DNA from: a virus
Virus record (IMG/VR): IMGVR_UViG_3300024999_000002
Length of the DNA stretch: 64,000 nucleotides
Direction: 5' to 3' (one strand)
Shown: positions 24,742-34,000 of the stretch, piece after piece
Position numbering within the stretch: position 1 is the stretch's first letter
Layout: each line of letters opens with the position of its first letter
Program-made: the position numbers and the translations under genes
The notes under the pieces: generated by a model
What the model saw: only the letters and a program-made list of their open reading frames with translations
The model's database searches: none
Told to the model about the DNA's origin: nothing

Positions 24742-25824
24742 ATGGCTTTTAGTATTACAAGAAATGTAAATGCAATGCCCGTAATTTTTGATGGAAATTC
24801 TGCACCTAGAATAGAACTTACTCCCAGTGCCCCATACAGATGGGGCTCTGTGAAGTCAGTCTTTGATGCTATGTGTCTTACTAATACCCCACAACGAGAT
24901 CATGGGCTACATATTTATCATGGATTAACTCTTGATCATAGAGGTAATCCTTTAGTAGTAGTATGTAGAATGTGTGATGGGTCATTAAAGGCTTTTATAA
25001 GTTCAGAGTATGTAGCAAGCAATAAGACCCGCTTAGATTACATTAAACATGGAATCTATAAAATGGGTGTTAAAAGAGGGTGTTGGGAAGAGAAAACTCA
25101 AGTTGAGTTAATGGCAATGTTTACTACTTCGCTGGCGATCACTATGGAAGACTTACTTCCAGAAGGACAGAAAGCAATCAGTAAAGCATTTCTAATGGCT
25201 GAAACAGAGCTTTTGAAACCTAAGTCAGTAGTTATTTTACCAGTGGCTGATCCTACAGATGTATCTAATCTAAGAATTATAAGATTAGAAAATTGTGATG
25301 GGAATAAGTTACGGGCTATAAAATGTTACAAGGACCTTACAGGAATGGGATTAAGGGAGGCTAAAGATATTATTGATAGTGCCCCGGTGAATTTATTTAC
25401 TGGAATTTCAATAGATGCCGCCAGAGAAATCCAAAGATCTTTTGAGGAAGCAGAGGTATTCGTAGCTATAATGGCTATGCCTACACCTCCAAAAGTTATG
25501 GGTATAAAACCAAAGATTACACAGACACAAGCACAATCAGGATGGGGAGAATTCTTCAAAGACCTTGACAGTGTTAATGTACCAACAGTACCTGTTGAAC
25601 CTAGTGTTGTTGAAGCTTTAACTGCAAACAATTCAATTACTTGGAGTGCTGGAGCGATGACAACAGGAGCAGGTATATCTTTAGGTGATGTGACCGCAAC
25701 AGTAGCAAGTCTAAGGACACCGCAAGAATCATCTCGTAATCAGCGCCCACAGTCTAGTAATCTAAGTGAAGAAGAACGAATTCTTCAAGATCAACTAGAT
25801 GCTGAAATTCAAAACATGATTTAA
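24742..25824 (+). CDS. Protein containing a ribosomal L7/L12 C-terminal-like domain (residues about 176-244)
   Basis: NKLRAIKCYKDLTGMGLREAKDIIDSAPVNLFTGISIDAAREIQRSFEEAEVFV vs E. coli bL12 [54 protein letters not shown]. Confidence 0.7.
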   Translation: MAFSITRNVNAMPVIFDGNSAPRIELTPSAPYRWGSVKSVFDAMCLTNTPQRDHGLHIYHGLTLDHRGNPLVVVCRMCDGSLKAFISSEYVASNKTRLDYIKHGIYKMGVKRGCWEEKTQVELMAMFTTSLAITMEDLLPEGQKAISKAFLMAETELLKPKSVVILPVADPTDVSNLRIIRLENCDGNKLRAIKCYKDLTGMGLREAKDIIDSAPVNLFTGISIDAAREIQRSFEEAEVFVAIMAMPTPPKVMGIKPKITQTQAQSGWGEFFKDLDSVNVPTVPVEPSVVEALTANNSITWSAGAMTTGAGISLGDVTATVASLRTPQESSRNQRPQSSNLSEEERILQDQLDAEIQNMI

Positions 25825-25826
25825 TA

Positions 25827-26675
25827 ATGGCTAATGTATTAGCATTGATTGATGCAGATGGTTTAGGCTATCAGTCTAGTAAGGAGTCCTTAGTAGAATC
25901 TATTAGTATTCTTGATGAAAAGATCAGGAATATTATAGAATCTACTGGGGCTACTCACTATTCTATATTCCTATCATCTGGACCGTATTTTAGACATAAA
26001 ATAGACCCAATGTATAAAAGTTCCAGGGGTAAGTATGGAACACCACTTAAGTGGATCAAAACACTTAAAAGTTACCTTTTTGAGGGATATAATGGAAGTA
26101 GTATGATGCATGTAGAAGCGGATGATTTGGTGAGTTATTGGTATGAACACCCTATCATTGTTAATGCAGATGAAAACACTCCTATTACTGTTTTTGAAAG
26201 AAAGATTTTATGTAGCACCGATAAGGACTTATTAAAATCTATTCCGGGAAAGCATTTTAATTACACTTATGTTCTTAAAGAAAAGGAAAATCCTAACAGT
26301 CTTGTAAAAGGTTGGTGGGTTGAAACTTCAGAAGAGGAAGCAAATACATTCAAACTTATGCAGATGCTTGTAGGAGATTCCACTGATGGAATTAAAGGTG
26401 TGGAAGGTAGAGGAGAAGTATACTTTAAAAACATGCTTGTAAAAAAGCCAAATTTAGGTATGCTTGACATTCTATCTGAGTATATCATAAAGTATGGAGA
26501 TGCGGAAGGAGTACATGAATTCCAAAAGAATTATAAGCTGTTACATATGCTTGATTCTGATAAGGATTTTGTGAGAGAGGTGTTAGCCTTACCCTCATTT
26601 CCTAATATTAACAAAGTTATTATTTCAGAAACTGGAGATATAACAACAGTAGTACCTACTGATGATAAATTTTAA
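25827..26675 (+). CDS. 5'-3' exonuclease / flap endonuclease (PIN + H3TH)
   Basis: LIDADGLGY; GDSTDGIKGVEGRGEV (H3TH GDxSDxIxGVxGxG). Confidence 0.85.
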   Translation: MANVLALIDADGLGYQSSKESLVESISILDEKIRNIIESTGATHYSIFLSSGPYFRHKIDPMYKSSRGKYGTPLKWIKTLKSYLFEGYNGSSMMHVEADDLVSYWYEHPIIVNADENTPITVFERKILCSTDKDLLKSIPGKHFNYTYVLKEKENPNSLVKGWWVETSEEEANTFKLMQMLVGDSTDGIKGVEGRGEVYFKNMLVKKPNLGMLDILSEYIIKYGDAEGVHEFQKNYKLLHMLDSDKDFVREVLALPSFPNINKVIISETGDITTVVPTDDKF

Positions 26676-26678
26676 TTA

Positions 26679-27479
26679 ATGAGAAAAGAGCAGGTAACAA
26701 ATTATTTTACTATCCCGCTACCAGCGGGTAGTACATTATTTTATGTATTAAATAATAGTAGAGAGATTGAAATCTGTACCGATGCTCCAGTACAAGAAGC
26801 CTTTGAGAATAATAAAATTGTAAGTTTAATCGCAGGAAATTTCGTCATAAAAATCGGTGACAATTTCAAACACGAACTTCAGTCTATCCCGAGTTCATAT
26901 CAAATAAAATTCATTGATAAATTTGTAGGGAAGAAATTTAGAAATTCATATATATTAAGCACACACCCTTTAAATCTAACTAGTCAGTATATTATACCAT
27001 GCCTAGGCTTAACAAGAGACCAATTACATTATAATGGGTTTCTAGTTAATGCATACCTGATGGAAACACCTGATAAAATAGCTTTGCTATACAGGTTCTC
27101 CACATCAGAGAATTATGGCAGACTAGAGGAGACATTTAGTAAAAACAAATTGTTTGACAAAATGGATAACTCTATTGAAGGATTTGACTTAGTAATTATG
27201 AATGTACCTAAAGAATACCAGAAAGATGTGGTAACCTTTTCAAATGGAGGATACTCTAAACTCTCTTCTGCCCTAAAGCAAAAGATTGTAGACTTCCACT
27301 TTTTGACAAAGAAAGACTATATTCATAAGGTAATGTTTAAAGATCCAGACTTGCAAAAGAAACTGGAGAAAGAATGGGATGTTAAACTTGACTTTATCGA
27401 GTTAAGTCAACGTCCTAATATGCAACACGAGGCGCTAAATAATCAAATATGGAAACATACAAATTTGGAGAAGCTATAG
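26679..27479 (+). CDS. Hypothetical protein
   Basis: 266-aa ORF. Confidence 0.5.
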   Translation: MRKEQVTNYFTIPLPAGSTLFYVLNNSREIEICTDAPVQEAFENNKIVSLIAGNFVIKIGDNFKHELQSIPSSYQIKFIDKFVGKKFRNSYILSTHPLNLTSQYIIPCLGLTRDQLHYNGFLVNAYLMETPDKIALLYRFSTSENYGRLEETFSKNKLFDKMDNSIEGFDLVIMNVPKEYQKDVVTFSNGGYSKLSSALKQKIVDFHFLTKKDYIHKVMFKDPDLQKKLEKEWDVKLDFIELSQRPNMQHEALNNQIWKHTNLEKL

Positions 27480-27712
27480 TAACAAGACACATATTAAAAA
27501 AAGAACATGGCCCTAGAAGAAATCAAATACACTGGGAACAGCATTTTATTCCAGAAACAGTAGTAAGAGTTATTGGGATAAGATCTTTGCGTAATGGTAT
27601 TTATCATGTTAATGAAGATGAATATTATTTTGAGCCTAGTGAATACATAAAAGCGGCACTTGTTGTTAAAAACTTAAAAGAAAAACCATTTTACATAAAA
27701 TTAAATGCATAA
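27449..27712 (+). CDS. Hypothetical protein
   Basis: 87-aa ORF. Confidence 0.45.
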   Translation: METYKFGEAIVTRHILKKEHGPRRNQIHWEQHFIPETVVRVIGIRSLRNGIYHVNEDEYYFEPSEYIKAALVVKNLKEKPFYIKLNA

Positions 27713-28400
27713 AGAAATACTTATAAAATTATTTGGTGAAGAATGGGTAAATGCCTTGGGTCAAGAGTTTCTTGACTCCAAGGAATTTATTAACATCGCT
27801 AATAAGATAGGAAACTTAAGGGAAACACTCACCATATACCCAAGTAGAGGAAATGTATTTAAAGCATTTAGACTAACTCCACTTAGTAAAGTTAAGGTCG
27901 TTCTATTGGCAATGGATCCATATCATGATGGTTCTGCCGATGGTCTTAGTTTTTCTAACAGTTTAACAAAGAAGATATCACCTTCCTTAAGAAATATTCT
28001 AAAGGAAATTGATACAGAATACCCAGAGAATAAAGAACTAATCTCACATGGAAGACTAGACCCACAGGATTTATCGCGGTTAGCCTTACAAGGGGTACTG
28101 ATGTTAAACACAGCACTGACTGTAGAAGAGCATGTTGCAGGTTCACACTTGGAACTGTGGAAACCTTTTACTGAGGAAGTAATTAAGACTCTTAATAATG
28201 AGGGTGAAATAATTTGGTTACTTCTAGGTAAAGAGGCTCAGAAATACAGTAAGTTAATAACTAATCCTTCCCATTCTATAGTCACTGCTAGCCATCCAGC
28301 TGCAGAGATATATGGTAATGGGGGATTTTTTAATTCTAATTGCTTTAAGAAAGTTAACTTAGAGTTATTTGCAAGAAATAAACAAGAAATAATTTGGTAA
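27705..28400 (+). CDS. ung: Family 1 uracil-DNA glycosylase
   Basis: VVLLAMDPYH (GQDPYH), GVLMLNTALTV...GSH (GVLLLNTVLTV..HSH), ASHPAA (HPSP). Confidence 0.85.
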   Translation: MHKEILIKLFGEEWVNALGQEFLDSKEFINIANKIGNLRETLTIYPSRGNVFKAFRLTPLSKVKVVLLAMDPYHDGSADGLSFSNSLTKKISPSLRNILKEIDTEYPENKELISHGRLDPQDLSRLALQGVLMLNTALTVEEHVAGSHLELWKPFTEEVIKTLNNEGEIIWLLLGKEAQKYSKLITNPSHSIVTASHPAAEIYGNGGFFNSNCFKKVNLELFARNKQEIIW

Positions 28401-29140
28401 TGAAAATATTAGTAATAGGAGATATCCATGGTGAGGGTATCTGGAAGAAATTTGGAGATATAGAACAATTACTTCAATCAAACATTTTTGAAACAGAGTA
28501 TGATAAGTATGTATTTCTAGGGGATTATTTTGATTCCTTTAAAGTTAGCTCACCAAAGATACTAGAGAGGTTTCATGATGTATTAAGATTAAAAAGAAAC
28601 TATCCTGATAAGGTAGTACTTCTATTAGGTAATCATGATATACAATACTTTCTATGGCCTTCACACCTTGGAAATAATCCTTATGGTTGTTCTGGTTATA
28701 GATCAGAATACCATTTAACTCTTAATGAGATATATCTTAAAGAACAAGATCTATTCCAAGCTGCTTATCAAGTTAATAACTACCTGTTTACACATGCAGG
28801 AGTTAGTGAGGCTTGGTATACTCAAGTTTACAAGATGAGTGAACAAGTGGAAGAAGAAGGTTATACTGATATGGCCGACTTAATTAATAAGGAATTTAAG
28901 TATAGAAATCGTAGTTTATTTGCAGTAGGATTTTCTCGTGGAGGAATGTATGCTAAGGGTGGTCCATTTTGGGCAGACAAATCTGAAACTATACTAAACC
29001 ACGCTGTAGGGCTGCATCAAATAGTTGGGCACAGCCAGTTAAAAGAAATAGAGAAACATTCAGCAGATTCTGAAAGTTCTATCACATATTGTGATGTGTT
29101 ACAATCTAAATACCCAGCACCTTTAATTTTAGAAATTTAA
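28400..29140 (+). CDS. Calcineurin-like metallophosphoesterase (Ser/Thr phosphatase or ApaH-like)
   Basis: VIGDIHGE, LGDYFDS, LGNHD, THAG, VGHS. ATG 28400 overlaps the upstream TAA. Confidence 0.75.
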   Translation: MKILVIGDIHGEGIWKKFGDIEQLLQSNIFETEYDKYVFLGDYFDSFKVSSPKILERFHDVLRLKRNYPDKVVLLLGNHDIQYFLWPSHLGNNPYGCSGYRSEYHLTLNEIYLKEQDLFQAAYQVNNYLFTHAGVSEAWYTQVYKMSEQVEEEGYTDMADLINKEFKYRNRSLFAVGFSRGGMYAKGGPFWADKSETILNHAVGLHQIVGHSQLKEIEKHSADSESSITYCDVLQSKYPAPLILEI

Positions 29141-29145
29141 TAAAA

Positions 29146-29748
29146 ATGATTGATAATTTTGAACAAATAAAGAAACTACTTACATTTAATTCTGAAGACG
29201 AATTTTACTTTGTGCAAATATTACAAAGGAAGAAAGATAATCCTGGAAATATAAATGGCAGTAATAATTCTAGCAGATTAATAAAGGCTTATTATATTAC
29301 TTCTTTAGAACAATTGGACAGAGACAAAGAAGAGATGATATTTTTTGCCACTCATTTTAATGCTAGAATTGGAATAAACCTTAATAAACGCTCTTTTTAT
29401 AAAACTGCTTTTAACACTTTAAAGCACATCGCAGAACAAATGCACAATAAAGAGTTTAAACAAGTTAAAAGAGCTTACAATACTTCTTGTGGGGTGCATA
29501 ATGGTATTGAAGATAAAATATGGTTATTAGACTTTGATTATATTCCTACAAACCCTGATTGGTATATTGATATAAGAGGTATACTGTATGGATTACAGCC
29601 TATAGGAGTAGATAAAATAATTGATTTTATTCCTAGTAAACATGGGGTACATGTAATAACTAAAGGATTTGAAGTTCCTAAGTTTTTAGAAATTTATCCA
29701 GATATTTCAATACATAAAAATAACCCTACAAACTTATACATACCGTGA
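29146..29748 (+). CDS. Hypothetical protein with weak AEP/PrimPol-like motifs
   Basis: WLLDFDY (DxD-like) and SKHGVHVIT (sGxGxH-like); not conclusive. Confidence 0.4.
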   Translation: MIDNFEQIKKLLTFNSEDEFYFVQILQRKKDNPGNINGSNNSSRLIKAYYITSLEQLDRDKEEMIFFATHFNARIGINLNKRSFYKTAFNTLKHIAEQMHNKEFKQVKRAYNTSCGVHNGIEDKIWLLDFDYIPTNPDWYIDIRGILYGLQPIGVDKIIDFIPSKHGVHVITKGFEVPKFLEIYPDISIHKNNPTNLYIP

Positions 29749-30293
29749 GACCTGATACAGATATAAATAAAATATGGTTTACTGCCGATCTTCACCTGCT
29801 TCACCCTAAAATCGTGACTATCTGTGGACGTCCTGTATCTGTTGAAGAACACGATCAATGGATTATAAACAGGATTAATGAAAAAGTAGCTAAAGAACAT
29901 CAGCTGTACATATTAGGAGATGTAAGCATGGGAAGTAAGACAAAGACAGAACTATTACTTTCTCAAATTAAATGTAAGAACAAGTATCTGATACTAGGAA
30001 ATCATGATGGCAATTTAGAAAATTCCAAAATGTTTGTCAATATATCACAAATTAAGGACTTTACATTTAGCTCTGCATCATATCCTAATATACATATTGT
30101 GTTATGTCATTATCCTATAGCAAGTTTTAATAGGAAAGTACACGGTTCATGGCACTTATATGGACATACTCATGCCAGATTTGACAATAAAGGTCTAAGT
30201 TTTGATGTTGGAGTAGATGCTCAGAATTACTATCCTATTTCTTTAGAGGAAGTAATGGATAAAATGACTAAATTAAGTTTAACAATGTTTTAA
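29745..30293 (+). CDS. Metallophosphoesterase (second copy, different subfamily)
   Basis: FTADLHLLH, ILGDVSMG, LGNHDGN, CHYP, GHTH. GTG start overlaps the upstream TGA. Confidence 0.7.
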   Translation: MRPDTDINKIWFTADLHLLHPKIVTICGRPVSVEEHDQWIINRINEKVAKEHQLYILGDVSMGSKTKTELLLSQIKCKNKYLILGNHDGNLENSKMFVNISQIKDFTFSSASYPNIHIVLCHYPIASFNRKVHGSWHLYGHTHARFDNKGLSFDVGVDAQNYYPISLEEVMDKMTKLSLTMF

Positions 30294-30295
30294 AG

Positions 30296-30544
30296 ATGTC
30301 ACGAAGTAAAAAGAAAGCCATCTATAAAGATAAGGGATTAAAAAAGACCTATCATAAAGTAGTAAGATCTAATGTAAATCAAGTTGTAAGGGAGTCTAAG
30401 AAATTAGAAGACCTTGATGAAGTTGAAATACCTGACGAGAAGACTATTATCAATGACTATGATTATTGTGATTATAGTATTGATGCGGAGCATGACAACG
30501 ATCCTAGATGGGCAGGATTAAAAATTAAATTAAGAAGAAAATGA
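30296..30544 (+). CDS. Hypothetical basic/acidic small protein
   Basis: 82-aa ORF. Confidence 0.45.
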   Translation: MSRSKKKAIYKDKGLKKTYHKVVRSNVNQVVRESKKLEDLDEVEIPDEKTIINDYDYCDYSIDAEHDNDPRWAGLKIKLRRK

Positions 30545-30804
30545 AAGTATGTAAAATGTGTAAGTCCGAAGATGTTCTATTTATACCACAATATAAACAT
30601 GAATGTATAGAGACAGGACACGAGGTTGTACATGATGTACATATGTGCCAGAAATGCGGAGCATTCTGTTACAGAGAAGGTACTGATAATATTATGGAAT
30701 ACACACCTAATATTACAGGTAAATACAAGTATGTACCTCAAGTATCAGATCATGATGTGATATTGGAAGCAAAAAGAAAGGCAGAATTAAATGTACAGAA
30801 TTAA
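30541..30804 (+). CDS. Small zinc-ribbon-like protein
   Basis: CKMC...CQKC Cys pairs. Confidence 0.45.
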   Translation: MKVCKMCKSEDVLFIPQYKHECIETGHEVVHDVHMCQKCGAFCYREGTDNIMEYTPNITGKYKYVPQVSDHDVILEAKRKAELNVQN

Positions 30805-31003
30805 AAACTCACAAGGATTATATTGGGTTGGCCACAGTTATAATTGCTTTAACGAAACTGGTAAAGTTTGGAAAAAGCTTAATCATGCCAGATGCGCTGT
30901 AACTAATACCTCAGGTCATACTCATATTCCCAATTGGTTAGCTGATTGTGTAATAGTTAAATATGAATTAGTGGAAATTGGTATATTTCCAATAAGAGGA
31001 TAA
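30791..31003 (+). CDS. Hypothetical small protein
   Basis: 70-aa ORF, last gene of the plus-strand arm. Confidence 0.4.
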   Translation: MYRIKNSQGLYWVGHSYNCFNETGKVWKKLNHARCAVTNTSGHTHIPNWLADCVIVKYELVEIGIFPIRG

Positions 31004-31007
31004 AAAT

Positions 31008-31040
31008 AAAAAACCCTAGGAGAAATCCTAGGGTTATTTT
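31008..31040. terminator. Bidirectional rho-independent terminator between the convergent arms
   Basis: AAAAA-AACCCTAGGA(31012-31021)/TCCTAGGGTT(31026-31035)-ATTTT. Confidence 0.75.
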
Positions 31041-31059
31041 ACTTTCTAAAAAATTTTTC

Positions 31060-34000
31060 CTATTCTTGTAACTTCTTACCCATACTCTGAATCTTGTAGT
31101 ATTGGCTCCAATACGGTAGATTCTTACCCCACGCGTTAATTACATCTTCCTTATCTGTGTTATCATCCCCCTGCATATACTTCATAGTTTGATCTTTAGC
31201 AGTTTGAAAGTTCTTATAGATATTAAACACTGGAATTATACTCCCCCTATTTAATATCTGGTCAAAAGTTGCAGGAGAGAAGTAAAAAGTAGTATCCCCC
31301 ATTACCCTATTAAGTGTGTTTAAAGTTATCTTCATGCCAGGACTCATATCATCATCATCATCCATCGCTGCCTTGAGTAGTAGATATAAGGTAAACATTG
31401 CAGAATACATATAAATTTCCATGAGGTTCTTTCTCATGTTTTCCTTGATTAGCTCTATGTCTTTGCTACGTATTCCATCAAAAGCCTTATCCCCCTTCAT
31501 CATAGAAAGATTGAATAGTACTTTAAGTGATTGATTAAACCCTAGTCTTGAATAACTTCTATATCTTCCTTCTACAGTACGTTCAAGAACGTCACTATAT
31601 CTTTTACTCCCAAACCTACTTTCTATACCAGTAGCAGCCCAACTTAATCTAAACTGCCCGAGCATTCTACCTAATATCCACTTCTTTGCCATTTGTGGGG
31701 AATTAGGGTCAAAGTTACCGTGCAGAGTCTTATTTATATCAACTACTTTATTCTTGAATCTAATAAACTCTTTCATCTCGTCAGAGTTTCTAATGTCTCC
31801 ACCCCAATCTTTGTTATCTCCAAACTCTTCTACATTCCATGTGCCATCATTGTTAAAGGCTTCTAATAGAGTACGTTCTTTACCATTTTTATCCTTAATT
31901 TTATTACTAAGCAATAAAGAGGTCATGGTTGTAGCCTTAATGAAAAAGTCACCACTTCTTAATAAGATGTAGGGAAAGTTCTTTAACTTTTCCATGGTCT
32001 TATTTGTAGACTTTGTTTCTCCATATTGAGACTCAATAGCATCACCTATTATATCAAATCTTGCGGCCAAGTTAGAAATCTTATCCAACTTTTTGTTCTT
32101 TAAATTTAAAGCAGAACTTGAAACTAATCCAAAAGCATTTATTACATCGCGTTGAGAAAAGTCTTTATTGCTAGATGCCCAAGTCAAGTTACTTACTACC
32201 CCAAAGATCCAGTTATTAATACCGGAGAACACGTTAAGTCCTAGAGTTAAAGCTTGATTATATCTTAGAAGTTTATCTCCTATCTTAGAAAATACTAAAT
32301 TTCTACCTAATCCTTGAGCCTCTACAATCAAAGGTTGCATTTGTTCATCATACTGTTCTTCAGTTATTTCCCCATTAAAGAGTTTTTCTTCTATAATATC
32401 TCTTTCCTTTTCAAGTTCTTTATATCTCTTTCTCTCTACTTCACTATCAAATAGTTTCTTTTTCATAGTGCCTTCATCATTCTTCTTCTCATTATAAAGA
32501 ATGGCATTAATAGTGTAGGATGTAAGAGCTTTTAAATTAGGTAAACCATCCTTTGTTTCTACAAGGTTATCACCGGCTTTGTTCTTGATTACATCTCCAT
32601 TACTATTTAGTCTTAACTCTTCAGCATTGTCAAGGATACGTTGGGCTAACAAAACCTTATCTTCTACCTTACTCTTATACTTGTAAGTTAAAGCCATTTG
32701 AGAGAAGGCTTTAAGAATTGCGGGCATATTTCTACTCATATCCTCTTCAGCTAAAGGCCTCAAGAATCTTGTAGGAATTTGTTTATAAGGCTTTTTAGTG
32801 TAAGGATCTACATCCACAAATCTTTTATCAAGCCCTTCTTCGGAAGTAATCCCTTCAATGAAAGATTTATGCAACCCCTTTACTATTCCACTAACGCTTT
32901 TATCTAATACCCCATCAACCAAGTCCTTCTTAACTTGCGGTAGGAAGTTATAACCTAGTTCATGTATCAAGTAATTTGGTAAATATGATTTCTGTTCATA
33001 CATAAGTTCCCTTATGTAATTATATACTTCATTTAGTTTTGGATCATTCTCAATGTTTTGAAATTCAGGGCTATAATACCCCATATCTCTACCTTTTTCA
33101 TCAGTCTTAACAGGAACTTCCCTTACATATCCATTATAACTTTGAGTAAAGAAAGGCCTTTCCCCACTTAACTGATCCAAATAGACAATAGGACTGTGAA
33201 AGTTTATCCAAGTTCTTAGTTTATTAGAGTACTCTTCGTGAGAAATAATACCAGCTAATTCCTGAGTATGCATGTCTTCTTCTAATATTGTTCTAGAATC
33301 TAAGTATTTTTGGTACTTTTCAACCGCACTATCCCTCAATTCTTCCGCCCTTTTTTCTCCTAGTTGATCTACTAGATACTTGAAATAAGATTTAGAATCT
33401 TCATGTGCTGCAGTTTTATGCTCAGGATCTGTAAAGAATCTAAAGTCAATACTTATCATATTATCTTTTTTCCACTCCATAAAGTCCTTATAGGCTTTGT
33501 GTGTAGAACTACCAGCATTCTTCAGATTTTCTTTGTAATTTTCAAAAGTACTCTTAGCCTTTGCCAAAGCCTCATCGTATTCTGAAGAATATCTGGTAAC
33601 TAATCCCCCTGTATATTTTCCTGCAGAGTCCTGTTTGAATAACCAATCAAAGTTAGTCATCCCTTCAAACATCTCATCTATCTTCTTAAAAGTATCATCT
33701 ACTTCAGTCTGCGCTCTGAACATCTCCCCGCGTAACCATAGATCTATTTGTTGTACTAATCTATTACCTGATTGAGAGGCATCTATTGCAAGCATACGTG
33801 CAGTGCTAATATCGCTCATCTCAGTTAGTTCTGATGGCAGTAGTCTCTTATTTTCATTAGACATTTCAATAATATGGCCCCCAACTAAAGTCCACCATCT
33901 TTGAAAGATGTCTTCAGAGTCGGCCCTATTTTGTATAGCATTTAAGGCATTAATCATTTCCTCATTGAGGTTGGTCTCCCCTTTAAACATTACACTTTTT

